In this document: positions 16,893 to 27,728 of the stretch, in pieces
How positions within the stretch are numbered: the first letter of the stretch is position 1
Layout: each line of letters opens with the position of its first letter
Source of the DNA: an uncultured Bacteroidota bacterium
GTDB taxonomy: Bacteria > Bacteroidota > Bacteroidia > Bacteroidales > DTGW01
Direction of reading: 5' to 3'
DNA length: 53,993 bases
Assembly (NCBI GenBank): GCA_963726845.1
Contig: CAVSGB010000263.1
Span: 1 to 53,993 of the forward strand
Translations under genes and position numbers: made by a program
The notes under the pieces: model-generated
Seen by the model: only the letters and a program-made list of their open reading frames with translations
The model's database searches: none
Told to the model about the DNA's origin: nothing

Positions 16893-18042
16893 TCAGGCAG
16901 GTTCAAAAATGGACTTCACATTTTTTAGCTCCTCAATAATCGCTATAGACTGGGGGCAATGCATTTCGCACTGGCCACATTCGATACAACTGGAAGCCAT
17001 TTGTTCTGGCTGCAACATACGATGATACATTTCTTCCTTGCCAAACATAAAATAATTGTTATAAAAAGTAAAACATCCCGAAATATTTACACCTGACGGG
17101 CAGGGCATACAATAGCCACAAGCTGTACAATTAACTTTTATTCTTTGCCTGTAAATATTCTTAACCTCTTCAATGACATAGCTCTCTTCGCATGTAAAAG
17201 AGTTTTCAGTAGCAGTCCGAGCTATTTTTATATTTTCAACCACCTGTTCCATACTATTCATGCCGCTTAACAGTAAAGATACTTCCGGATGATCCCATAC
17301 CCACCTCAAAGCCCACTCAGCGGGAGTCCTTTTCGGATTTGCATTATTAAAAGCATTTTGAACTGCCTCCGGAAGATTTGCAGCAAGCTTGCCACCTCTG
17401 AGAGGTTCCATAATGGTTAACCCCAGTCCCTTATTTGCTGCATAATCAAAGCCTTTTCTTCCAGCTTGAAAATCTTCATCCAAATAATTGTACTGTATTT
17501 GACAGAATGACCAATCATATCCATCTACGATAGCATTAAAATTCTCTTGTATGTCGTGGTATGAAAAACCAGCATGTTTAATCCGCCCATCCCGTATTGC
17601 CTGGTTCTAAAAACTCAGCGATACCAGCTTCCTTGACATTTTTCCATGAAGAGCTATTTAAAGCATGAACAAGGTAAAAATCGATGGTATCAGTTTCCAG
17701 GCGTTCTAATTGTTCGTTTAAATATTTATCCATATCGGCCCGGGTTTTAATCAACCAGCTTGGAAGTTTGGTGGCGATTTTAACTTTTTCACGATAGCCA
17801 TTTTTAAGTACCTTACCAACAAAAGGTTCGCTTTGTCCTCCCGAACCCAATCCTTTGCCGTGATAAGGATAAGCTGTATCAATGTAGTTTACTCCTTCAT
17901 CAATGGCATATCGGATAAGTTTAGTTGACAATTCCTCGTCAATTTTCGATGGATCACCTCCTGGCAAAAGCGGAAGCCGCATGCATCCGAAGCCAAGAAT
18001 AGAAACCATTTCATTCGTTTTGCCAAATTTTCTATAAAGCAT
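16893..18042 (-). CDS. Aldo/keto reductase with C-terminal Fe-S dicluster (split by +1 frameshift ~17605)
   Basis: LGFGCMRLP, IDTAYPYH and MEPLRGGKL; CTACGYCMPCP and CIECGQCEMHCPQ. Removing one base restores FLDQAIRDGRIKHAGFS. Confidence 0.85.
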
Positions 18043-18122
18043 ATTATTTCACCCTTTCTTTAATATTTAGTTCATCCTTTTTCAATTTCAACAACATCGA
18101 AATTAGGCCTAATTTTAAAATA

Positions 18123-18401
18123 TTGCAAAATATTAAAATAGGAATATTCTTTATAAATAACCAGGTTAGTATTTATCCATTCCCAGCAAATGATATACTT
18201 AATGTGAAATTGCCAAAAGGATCCAAAAATATAATGATTGAAAAAATAGATTTAACGGGATGGATTAAAAAATCAGGAATTATTAATAACGGGGAATTAA
18301 TTGGCAAAATTTCTACTGGTTAATTACCAAAAGGAAAGTATATTTGTCGTGTTAGGACTTTAAATGAATTCCTTTAAACAACTAAAATTATTATTCAATA
18401 A
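18123..18401 (+). pseudogene. Isolated, decayed T9SS type A C-terminal sorting domain
   Basis: SIYPFPANDILNV...*LPKGKYICRV...*TTKIIIQ*, with two in-frame stops and no passenger domain. Confidence 0.6.
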
Positions 18402-18422
18402 TCAACTTTCGCGGTTTACGCT

Positions 18423-18448
18423 GCCCGGACTTAAAACCGGGCTTTTTT
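18423..18448 (+). terminator. Rho-independent terminator
   Basis: GCCCGG-acttaaaa-CCGGGC followed by T6. Confidence 0.75.
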
Positions 18449-18737
18449 ATTTCTCGTTTAGTTAACCTCTATGACATTAATAATCGTTATTAAAATGCAT
18501 AAACAACGAATCTACAAATTTTATCATATAACCTGAATTTTAATGATATTTAACCACTAATTTTAGTTTGAAGAAATCTGAAATGATTTCAATATTGTAA
18601 AAAATACGTTGAATATTATTTTGCAAGGCAAAAAAAATTTGTTTATTTCGTAAAGGTTTATATATATTATCAAAATATTAATCTTCAATTTATAAATTTT
18701 ACTAATCTAATAAGTTATCAGGATCCTTATTTATATA

Positions 18738-19229
18738 TTGTTAACGCTGTTTTTTCTAATTGTAAGAACCGAACCTTTAACAGGGCAGTCTATGCCTATG
18801 CCCGTCAACATTCAGGCAGCCTTATTGACCAAAGTTTTGAAATTCAATTCCCGGTTAGCTGAAAAAAGCATTATTCATATGCTTGTTGTTTACAATGGTA
18901 CATCAAAATCAAGTAAAGATGAATTACTATCACAGTTAGACAAATCAATCGAAGCAAAAGGAATACTTCCTGATGAAATAGATCAAAATATTAAAAGTAC
19001 CGATGTAGTTTACTTTATGCCCGGATTACAGGAGAAATCTAAAATTTGTAAGGTAAATAAAGTGCTTACCATTACTGGTATATCAAAATATGTAGAAGAA
19101 GGCGATATTTCAATTGCTTTGGGAATTTTGAACGATAAGCCTAAAATTTATATTAATATAACATCGCTTAAATCTGAAGAACAAAATCTTTCATCAGATT
19201 TATTAAGAATAGCCAAAGTTTACAAATAA
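18738..19229 (+). CDS. YfiR/HmsC-family (DUF4154) periplasmic protein
   Basis: IQAALLTKVLKF, VLTITG, KPKIYINITSLKSE and LSSDLLRIAKV match the YfiR-family C-terminus. Start uncertain. Confidence 0.8.
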   Translation: MLTLFFLIVRTEPLTGQSMPMPVNIQAALLTKVLKFNSRLAEKSIIHMLVVYNGTSKSSKDELLSQLDKSIEAKGILPDEIDQNIKSTDVVYFMPGLQEKSKICKVNKVLTITGISKYVEEGDISIALGILNDKPKIYINITSLKSEEQNLSSDLLRIAKVYK

Positions 19230-19257
19230 AAGGCAATTTGAATTGAAAAATGGTCGA

Positions 19258-21591
19258 ATGACAAACTTTATAAAGAAAATAGTATTCATCTTAATTGCAG
19301 CATTAATTTATTGCAGCAATTCATCTGCACAAGGTGACGATGTATATAAGGATATGTCGTTGGATGAATTGCTGGATATCGATGTAGTGGTAACTGCGTC
19401 AAAAAAACCGGAGGATCTTTTTGATGCCCCGCTTTCTGTAACTATTATTAAAAAAGACCAAATTCTAAAAGCTGGCTGCAGGAGCATAGTTGAAGCACTC
19501 AGGTTATCACCCGGCCTGATTGTCCGGGAAACAACACCGGGAAATTTCGATGTCCAGATCCGCGGGTTTGATGATGTTACCAAAAATCTATATGTTCCAC
19601 TTCCTTTTAATACCAATATTTTGGTAATGATCGACAACCGGATCGTTTATAGTTATTACTCAGGTGGTACTCTCTGGGAAACATTGCCGATTGATATCAA
19701 CGATGTTGAAAGGATTGAAATCGTCCGTGGGCCGGCATCGGCTTTGTATGGGCCAAATGCAGTTAACGGCGTAATAAATATTATTACATCCCATGCAAAA
19801 GAACAAGGCTTAAATGTCTTTGGAAATGGTTCCGTGGGTATAGCGGGTACAACACATGCAAATGCAAGTGTTGGATACAATAGTAACGATAAAACCAAAA
19901 TCACTTTCTCGACGAATTATAGTGAACAATTAAGGATTGATAAAAATTATTACGATTGGAATAATCGAGAATATGTGTCCTATGATAACCTATCGCTTTT
20001 GTGGGGCATTGTAAAAGATTCGGCGACCAAGACGCTATGGACACCACAGGATTATAGGGCAGCTAATAATAATAATGCAAACAACTTCAACATAAGCCTT
20101 CGAAAATTAGGCGCAAATATGTTCATTGACCATAATTTTTCCCTTTTGTCTAAAATTGGTATTTCTGCCGGGGCACAACAATCGTTTTGCCAAATTCCGT
20201 ATTTTGAAAATTTCAGTACGCCTCTTTCTCAGGTCACTTCACAAAGTGCTTATTCAGATGTGAGGTTACAGCTTAATAATCTTTACTGCCAGGTTAATGC
20301 TTCAACCGGAAATTATATGAGCTATAAGCTTAATTCTTATAAGTTTGATATACTTGATGCGAATATTGAATATGCCTTACAATGGAATAATTTTAGTTTC
20401 AGGCCCGGGATAGCACACAAAGAAACCCGATATTATAATCCAATTACCGAAGACAATACTACAAATATAGCCAACTTAAACAGCGGTTTTTCAAATACGC
20501 CTCAAAAACTGGCATCCGATGCGCTTTCATTATTATCTGAGTGGAAACCCAATTCGAAATTACGTTTTATTGGAGGCTTGCGCTTTGATAAGTTCAATGT
20601 TAATCCAGGTCTTTTCCCTGGAAGTGAATTGGGCGCTACATACAGGTTAAATAAAAATAACCTTCTCCGTGCGACATTCTCAAATGCCAAACGTTCACCG
20701 TTCATTTTTGATTCCTATTTAAATGCCAGGTTGAATGTTTTATACCCAATGCCATTACCATATAATAAAGGCATAATAAATATTGATGACGATCAGCATT
20801 TTGATGCAACAAAAACAGGCAATAATTATCCTACTAATTCTACATGGGAACTTGGCTGGAGAAGCAAACTGTCTTCAAACCTAACTTTCGACGTGGAAAT
20901 ATATACATCAGAAATAAAAAACCTTTTGGTTTCAGTCATGTATCGCGATATAAACGTTGAGGCAATTTTTCATCCGGATTTGTCTATTGATTCAGTACAA
21001 TCTGTTAAAGGAATTGGCAATTTGTATTTTCAGAATGACAATGTAAGCGCTATGCAAAACGGAATAAGTGCTTCAATCAGTTATACTCCTTTCGATTACC
21101 TTAATATAAAACTATTTGGTTCTCTTCAAAAAACCCATATGTTAGGCAATTATAAGGTAAAATATACAACTACAGATAGTGCAGTAAACCTGAACAATTT
21201 TGCAAATCATCAAATTACAGTATCAACAGTTTCTTATGTAAATATGACTAACTTTAACCCTAATACAACACCGGCTTTTTATGGAGGGCTTATTATAGAT
21301 TATAGTTTTAATGACAAGCTCAAAGTTAATTTCAATTCGTATTATACTTCCAAACAAATATTTACTGGATTGTCTTTCGAAAATGCCATTGCTGATTATA
21401 CCGGAATAAATGGAAATTACACTACAGAAATACCGGCCTGGCTTGTTGTAAACGCCAAAATATCATATAATTTCTGGTCACGGGCTTCAGCTTATATTTC
21501 AGGGCTTAATTTGCTTGGAAAGCATCGCGAATTTGGCTTTACCGATCAAATAGGGGCAACATACATGGCCGGATTTCAATGGGGATTTTAA
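19258..21591 (+). CDS. TonB-dependent receptor (non-SusC, YfiR-associated type)
   Basis: Signal peptide; MSLDELLDIDVVVTASKK N-terminus; plug motif IERIEIVRGPASALYGPNAVNGVINIIT-like; C-terminal aromatic F. Confidence 0.92.
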   Translation: MTNFIKKIVFILIAALIYCSNSSAQGDDVYKDMSLDELLDIDVVVTASKKPEDLFDAPLSVTIIKKDQILKAGCRSIVEALRLSPGLIVRETTPGNFDVQIRGFDDVTKNLYVPLPFNTNILVMIDNRIVYSYYSGGTLWETLPIDINDVERIEIVRGPASALYGPNAVNGVINIITSHAKEQGLNVFGNGSVGIAGTTHANASVGYNSNDKTKITFSTNYSEQLRIDKNYYDWNNREYVSYDNLSLLWGIVKDSATKTLWTPQDYRAANNNNANNFNISLRKLGANMFIDHNFSLLSKIGISAGAQQSFCQIPYFENFSTPLSQVTSQSAYSDVRLQLNNLYCQVNASTGNYMSYKLNSYKFDILDANIEYALQWNNFSFRPGIAHKETRYYNPITEDNTTNIANLNSGFSNTPQKLASDALSLLSEWKPNSKLRFIGGLRFDKFNVNPGLFPGSELGATYRLNKNNLLRATFSNAKRSPFIFDSYLNARLNVLYPMPLPYNKGIINIDDDQHFDATKTGNNYPTNSTWELGWRSKLSSNLTFDVEIYTSEIKNLLVSVMYRDINVEAIFHPDLSIDSVQSVKGIGNLYFQNDNVSAMQNGISASISYTPFDYLNIKLFGSLQKTHMLGNYKVKYTTTDSAVNLNNFANHQITVSTVSYVNMTNFNPNTTPAFYGGLIIDYSFNDKLKVNFNSYYTSKQIFTGLSFENAIADYTGINGNYTTEIPAWLVVNAKISYNFWSRASAYISGLNLLGKHREFGFTDQIGATYMAGFQWGF

Positions 21592-21636
21592 ATTAGACGA
21601 AAAAATGAATTTTTATTAACTTCAAAATTATAAAAT

Positions 21637-22152
21637 ATGAAAAAAGTTATTGTTTATTTATCAATGTTTGCAATTGCAATGTTAGTATTTTCCTGTAAAA
21701 AGGATAGTACGCCATCAAAAACTGATATCCTGACTGGTAGTACATGGAAGATTACCAGCAAAACTATTAGCCCTTCAATTACAGTTCCTTTGGATTCGTT
21801 AGGCCATGTCATAATAATTAGCAATGTAAGCGTCTACGATCCGGATAGTGTAAAAAACTTTGGTTATAAGTTTAACAGTAATGGATCCTTTACATGTACC
21901 GATAGTGCAAACAAAGTATTACCTCCATATCCAAATACCTGGCAATTTAATTCAGATGATACACAAATAACATTAGGACAACAATTAGAGTTCGATTATA
22001 GTATTCCAGCTGCCACAGGAGTTCAGGTTGTTAAGATAATTATTCAAAAAATTACAATTTCATCAATTACAAGTACACAAATAACTGCAACTTATCCGCT
22101 TGTTTTTAACAATGCAAATTATACTGTAACTATTGTATTCCAGCCAAAATAG
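21637..22152 (+). CDS. Lipoprotein, lipocalin-like beta fold
   Basis: Lipobox LVFSC followed by KKD; LTGSTWKITS and TWQFNSDDTQITL patterns. Confidence 0.75.
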   Translation: MKKVIVYLSMFAIAMLVFSCKKDSTPSKTDILTGSTWKITSKTISPSITVPLDSLGHVIIISNVSVYDPDSVKNFGYKFNSNGSFTCTDSANKVLPPYPNTWQFNSDDTQITLGQQLEFDYSIPAATGVQVVKIIIQKITISSITSTQITATYPLVFNNANYTVTIVFQPK

Positions 22153-22162
22153 ATGTTTATTT

Positions 22163-22199
22163 TTTCCGGAACCCGGTCACCAAAACCGGGTTCCGGAAA
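22163..22199. terminator. Strong intra-locus hairpin (terminator/stabiliser)
   Basis: 15-bp perfect stem TTTCCGGAACCCGGT / ACCGGGTTCCGGAAA. Confidence 0.6.
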
Positions 22200-22274
22200 T
22201 TAATCACTAAATGGGTATCTTTATTGGCTAAATATTCTATCATAGTTAGTTTTATTATTTAACCAGTTATTGAA

Positions 22275-24018
22275 ATGAAATTTGACGTAAGCGCTCTGTT
22301 CAGAAACCTGTCGATAAAACTCAAATTAATACTTATCATTCTATTCGTATCCTTTTTTACATTGATAATCGGTTTTGCATTTGTAATTATTAACGATATT
22401 ATCAATTTTAAAACCGATATGAAAAACAATACCATCGTCAATGCAAAGCTTATCGGTGAATATTGCGCGGTACCATTGGCTTTCGATGTAAAAGATAACG
22501 CTATTGAAACTCTTGAAAAATTAAAAGCAATCCCATCCATCAATGTAGGTATCGTTTATAATGATAAAAATGAAGTATTTGCAGAATTTTATAAAAACAA
22601 AAGCAAAGAAAAAATATTAAAAATTCCGGAAGATAGGACTTTGAGCCTTTATGAAGGCGATTATTTACATATTTTCCAGCCAATTTCATTCGATAATAAA
22701 ATTGCCGGGGCTATATACTTGAAAGTATCTACAGAAATACTTCAGGATAAAATACACAAGTACCTGATAACATCCGCAATATTGCTTTTGGTAACCCTGG
22801 TGATAACCTATTTTCTTGCTTTAGTGCTTCAAAGAATTATTTCGAGGCCAATATTAAACCTTACAGTTGCCACCAAGCAAATTTCTAAAGAAGCCGATTA
22901 CAGTGTCAGGGTTGAAAAGACTGGCAATGATGAAATCGGAACTTTGGTAGATGAGTACAATAATATGCTTAAACTAATCCAAACACGTGAACATTCGCTG
23001 AATCAGCGTACAATCGAGCTTTCTGGCGCATTAGAAGACTTAAAGCGCACCCAGGGAAAACTTATAGAATCTGAAAAGATGGCTGCATTGGGCCAATTAA
23101 TTGCAGGTGTTGCACACGAAGTTAATACGCCACTTGGCGCGATCAGGTCATCAGTTGGCAATATTAACAATTCAATCGGGACTATCCTTAACGATTTTCC
23201 AGATTTTATTCAAAAGATGCCAGTCAAACAACGGACTATGTTTTTCTCTCTTATTGAGACGGCATTAAAAAACCAACAGGTACTTACATCGAAAGAAGAA
23301 AGGCAATACAAACGAGGTTTGACTACTATTCTCGAAGATAATAATTTTTCCAATGCCAACAATATTGCCGATACCCTGGTCGATATGGGAATTTACGAAC
23401 AAATAGAAGAATATATTCCTTTGTTCCAGAAAATGGATTCGGAAATCATTTTAAAAATGGCGTATAAACTAACAGGTTTGCAACGAAGTACACAAAATAT
23501 TGCGACTGCTGCCGACAGGGCTTCGAAAGTTGTGTTCGCCTTAAAGAATTTTGCCCGGATCGAACCAAACAGGCGAAATGGTTAAAACAAACCTGATAGA
23601 TGGAATTGAAACAGTGCTTACGCTATACCACAACCAATTAAAACAAGGCGTTGAAGTAATCAGAAATTTTAACGAAATCCCCCAAATAATGTGTTTCGCT
23701 GACGAGTTAAACCAGGTTTGGACTAACATTCTCCACAATGCCCTCCAGGCTATGCACCACAAAGGAAAACTTCAAATTGGCGTAAAGCTTTTGGACGGGT
23801 TTATTGTTACCGGTATTACAGATAGTGGAAGCGGGATTCCACCAGAGATAAAAGACAAAATATTCCAGCCTTTTTTTACAACAAAGCCAGCAGGAGAAGG
23901 CAGCGGACTTGGACTCGATATTGTGAAGCGCATTATTGATAAACATAAAGGTAAAATCGAAGTAGAAAGCGTCCCAGGAAAGACGACATTTAGTATTTAT
24001 TTACCGGTGATTACGTAG
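22275..24018 (+). CDS. Sensor histidine kinase: TM-CHASE8-like-TM-HAMP-HisKA-HATPase (split by +1 frameshift ~23562)
   Basis: [14 protein letters not shown] periplasmic motif, HAMP ([16 protein letters not shown]), [38 protein letters not shown]. Confidence 0.88.
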
Positions 24019-24064
24019 TTTCAAAGACAAATTTTTAATTAAAAAAATAAATTTATTAAATGAC

Positions 24065-24204
24065 GTCTGTTCGTGATAAGAAAAGAAGTTTAGGACTAAA
24101 GTCCAAAATATCAACTTGATGAATGATCCCAAACTTAAGCTTGGGGTTTGTGAAGAACAGTTAAAATTAGGTCTTTAGCATTTAATAAATTATCCTGAAC
24201 TGAC
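24065..24204 (+). mobile_element. MITE/REP-like element, copy 1
   Basis: TIR GTCTGTTCGTGATAA / TTATCCTGAACTGAC. Internal palindromes GGACTAAAGTCC and CCCAAACTTAAGCTTGGG. Inverted homologue at 53359-53496. Confidence 0.7.
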
Positions 24205-24302
24205 ATTAAAATAAAAGCTTTAATACAATACGGATAAAAAATTATAAATATCTAAATAATTGCACTTTATATTAAATATTTTGTTTTTTTAACTTTTAGT
24301 TT

Positions 24303-24711
24303 ATGGAGAAAAATGTTATTTTGTGTGTAGATGATGAAAAAATGATTTTAGACAGTCTTAAAACACAGTTAAAAGAACACTATGGGAATTCATTTTCATA
24401 CGAGACAGACTGAAAACGTTAATGAAGCGCTTGAAGTTATCGATGAATTGATGGAGGAAGAAGTTAAAATTGTCATTATTGTTTCAGATTGGCTTATGCC
24501 AGGTATTAAAGGTGACGAATTTCTTATTGAGGTACATAAAAAATTTCCCGGTATTGTTAAAATTATGCTCACAGGACAAGCCGATTCGGTAGCAATAGAG
24601 CGTTCTAAAAAAGAAGCAAACCTGTTTAAATGTATTGCAAAACCTTGGACAGAAACTGAATTGATTGAAACAATTAATTCTGGTTTAATGAATAACGGTG
24701 ACTCGAAATGA
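24303..24711 (+). CDS. Single-domain response regulator (+1 frameshift ~24408)
   Basis: MEKNVILCVDDEKMILDSLK from ATG 24303 joins ENVNEALE..VSDWLMPG..LTGQA..KPW. Confidence 0.85.
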
Positions 24712-26063
24712 AAAGGGCATATATAATATGTGTAGACGATGAAAAAATGGTACTCGATAGTTTAAAAACCGAGTTGAAGGAATCATTTGGCGGTGATTAT
24801 TCTATCGAAACTGCCGAAAACGGCGAAGAGGCAATTGAACTAGTCGAAGATCTCATGAACAATAAATTTGACATCCCTTTGATTATTTCAGATTACGTTA
24901 TGCCAAATTTAAAAGGCGATGAACTGCTTACCAATATACATAAATTAACCCCAAAAACACTAACCGTATTATTGACCGGCCAGGCCACCATGGAAGGTGT
25001 TACAAATTCAATAAACCACGCCAACTTGTACCGATATATAGCTAAACCTTGGGAACCTAGAGATTTGGCACTTACTGTAAGCGAGGCAATAAAAAGTTTT
25101 TTTCAGGAAAAACAACTCGAAGAACAGAACCGGCAATTACGTGAGCTCAACAACGAACTCGAAATTAAAGTCCAGCAGCGTACAGTTGAAATCGTTCATA
25201 AAAACGATATCCTCGAAAAGCAAAGAAACGAACTCTTCCAGATAAATGTAAACCTTACGGCAAGCATTAATTATGCAAAAAGGATTCAACAGGCATTGCT
25301 CCCATCGAGGGAAGCATTTAGTTCTTTATTCCCGGATTCATTTATTTTTTACAGGCCAAAAGATATTGTAAGTGGAGATTTTTATTGGGTCAATTATGTA
25401 AAGTACTTTGTCGATTCAATAAATGATACAATTACAGAATCGGTTATTGTCGTTGCAGATTGTACCGGCCACGGTGTACCCGGTGCATTTATGAGCATGC
25501 TTGGGCTCTCGTTCCTTTCAGAAATTATAAAAACTGACATAACTTCTGGTTCACTTCTGCAACCTGCAACTGTTTTAGACCACTTAAAAGAAAAAGTTAA
25601 ATCTTCTTTGAAACAGACCGGAAAAGATAACGAAAATAAGGATGGAATGGACATTTCCCTTTGCATAATAAATAATGATTATACAAGATTAAGGTATGCC
25701 GGGGCATTCAATCCATTATTTGTTTTTAGGGAAAATGCTGCAATTAATGATCATGATTTAATAGAACTAAAGGCTGATCGGATGCCAATTGGCATTTATT
25801 ACAACGAAAAAGGCAATTTTACCAATCATGAAATAGATATTCAAAAAGGAGATAAAATTTACCTTTTTTCTGATGGTTATATAGATCAGTTTGGTGGTAA
25901 GAACGGTGAAAAATATAAGATTAAACAGTTCAGGAGTTATCTGCAGTCAATTTGTAAAACACCATTTGCAAAACAACGGGATATGCTTAAAGATAATTTC
26001 AATAACTGGAAGGATGACTTTGAACAAATTGACGATGTTACAGTACTTGGTTTTGCAGTCTGA
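24708..26063 (+). CDS. Response regulator with SpoIIE/PP2C phosphatase output
   Basis: REC (CVDDE, ISDYVMP, KPW), coiled coil, VSGDFYW, ADCTGHGVPGA, FSDGYIDQFGG, DDVTV. Confidence 0.92.
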   Translation: MKRAYIICVDDEKMVLDSLKTELKESFGGDYSIETAENGEEAIELVEDLMNNKFDIPLIISDYVMPNLKGDELLTNIHKLTPKTLTVLLTGQATMEGVTNSINHANLYRYIAKPWEPRDLALTVSEAIKSFFQEKQLEEQNRQLRELNNELEIKVQQRTVEIVHKNDILEKQRNELFQINVNLTASINYAKRIQQALLPSREAFSSLFPDSFIFYRPKDIVSGDFYWVNYVKYFVDSINDTITESVIVVADCTGHGVPGAFMSMLGLSFLSEIIKTDITSGSLLQPATVLDHLKEKVKSSLKQTGKDNENKDGMDISLCIINNDYTRLRYAGAFNPLFVFRENAAINDHDLIELKADRMPIGIYYNEKGNFTNHEIDIQKGDKIYLFSDGYIDQFGGKNGEKYKIKQFRSYLQSICKTPFAKQRDMLKDNFNNWKDDFEQIDDVTVLGFAV

Positions 26064-26099
26064 GGTGTTATAATGAATTTATTTTGTGCCAATTTTATA

Positions 26100-27281
26100 T
26101 TACAAAATCATCTCGGATATTATTCTATCCGAAATAAACCATCCTTTCAAAGTCATTATAGCTTTTTCATTTTCAAAAAATACGTGGCCTGATTCAGAAT
26201 ATTTTTTTAGAATTTTGAAAATATACTTATAATTTTCATCACCAAATGTATCATGAAAATAGTGCAAATCCATTCCCCAATTTGTTCTCAACGATGTCAG
26301 GGTATATTCATTTAATTTGTCCTTCATTCTAAGTTCTTCCAAATCAAATAGTTTCTCCGGATTATTTATACATCTTATATATTTTTCTACACTTGAAATA
26401 TTCCAGCGACGGATTTTTCTGTTGTAAGAATGGGCTGATGGCCCTAAACCTAAATATTTTGATCCATTCCAATAATTCGAATTATGATTTGAATAGTTTC
26501 CTGGTTTTGCAAAATTTGAAATCTCGTAATGCACAAACCCGTTTAATGTGGCAATTTCATGGAGTAATTCGAATTGGTTCAAGCTTTCTTCTTCATTTGC
26601 TGTTGATATCCTGCCACTTTTTTCCAATTTGTAAAAAACAGTTCCTTCTTCTATTGTCAGATGATAAGCAGATAGATGCTTTATTGGAAATGAAAAAGTT
26701 TTAGTCAATGTTTCTCTCCAATTTTCAATTGACATCCCAGGCAAACCATAGATAAGATCAATGCTAATATTTGAAAAACCTGCTTTAATTGCATTTGAAA
26801 TACTTTCGTTTGCCATGGCTGCATCGTGCCGACGATTCATAAATTTAAGCTGTTCATTATCGAATGACTGCACTCCAATGCTCAATCTGTTTGCACCAAA
26901 TTCAAGAAGCATTTTACAATACTTAACTGTAACATCATCTGGATTTACTTCGAAAGTAATTTCAATATCTTCAGAAAAATGAAAATTGTTTTTTAATTCA
27001 GCGAAGATTTCTTTTAAAGTATTTTGGTTAAGCAATGAAGGGGTTCCACCACCAAAATAAAGTGTGCCTATGGTACTTTTATCTTGATCGGAAATTGAAG
27101 ATTGTGTAAGAATATTTAATGGTTCTTGTAAACTGTTTCTAAAAAAGTTTTTGTTTTGGGCAATTTCAGAAATTAGAGAATTTTTAAACCCATCAGCTAA
27201 TTTTAAATTTACAGATGAATAGAAATCACAATAATGACAACGTTTTTTACAAAACGGAACATGTATATAGATTCCAGCCAA
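26100..27281 (-). CDS. hemW: Radical SAM heme chaperone HemW
   Basis: IYIHVPFCKKRCHYCDF, GGGTPS, YEISNF and HNSNYW motifs. Confidence 0.92.
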   Translation of the reverse strand: MAGIYIHVPFCKKRCHYCDFYSSVNLKLADGFKNSLISEIAQNKNFFRNSLQEPLNILTQSSISDQDKSTIGTLYFGGGTPSLLNQNTLKEIFAELKNNFHFSEDIEITFEVNPDDVTVKYCKMLLEFGANRLSIGVQSFDNEQLKFMNRRHDAAMANESISNAIKAGFSNISIDLIYGLPGMSIENWRETLTKTFSFPIKHLSAYHLTIEEGTVFYKLEKSGRISTANEEESLNQFELLHEIATLNGFVHYEISNFAKPGNYSNHNSNYWNGSKYLGLGPSAHSYNRKIRRWNISSVEKYIRCINNPEKLFDLEELRMKDKLNEYTLTSLRTNWGMDLHYFHDTFGDENYKYIFKILKKYSESGHVFFENEKAIMTLKGWFISDRIISEMIL

Positions 27282-27287
27282 TTCCAG

Positions 27288-27722
27288 TTAAATGATAATT
27301 CTATTTTCGTTTTTTCTAATACTATCGGCCAATTCGTAAATATTTAATTTTATAAAAAGACGTTTTGCTTCTTCGCGTATTGGAGCATACGTATCGTGAA
27401 TAGGGCAATTTGCCTGCTCTTTGGTACAGCTTTGCAAACCAATTATACATGCGTTAAACCTATCCTCTCCGTCGATGACATCGACTATGTCCATCAAAGT
27501 TATTTTTTTAGGAGGTTTACCAAGACTGGATCCTCCATTTGGTCCTTTAGTCGATGATAAAATTTTATTTTTGGCAAGTACTTGCATTATCTTACCTAAA
27601 AACGGTGCAGGAATTACAAGATCTTCTGCAATTTTTTTGATACCAATTTTTTCTCCGTCTACAGAGTTTAAAGCCAGATAAATAACTGATCTGATCGCGT
27701 ATTTACAAGTATTCGATAGCAT
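27288..27722 (-). CDS. Rrf2-family transcriptional regulator
   Basis: YAIR, STKGPNGG winged HTH, three C-terminal Cys. Confidence 0.9.
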   Translation of the reverse strand: MLSNTCKYAIRSVIYLALNSVDGEKIGIKKIAEDLVIPAPFLGKIMQVLAKNKILSSTKGPNGGSSLGKPPKKITLMDIVDVIDGEDRFNACIIGLQSCTKEQANCPIHDTYAPIREEAKRLFIKLNIYELADSIRKNENRIII

Positions 27723-27728
27723 AATATT

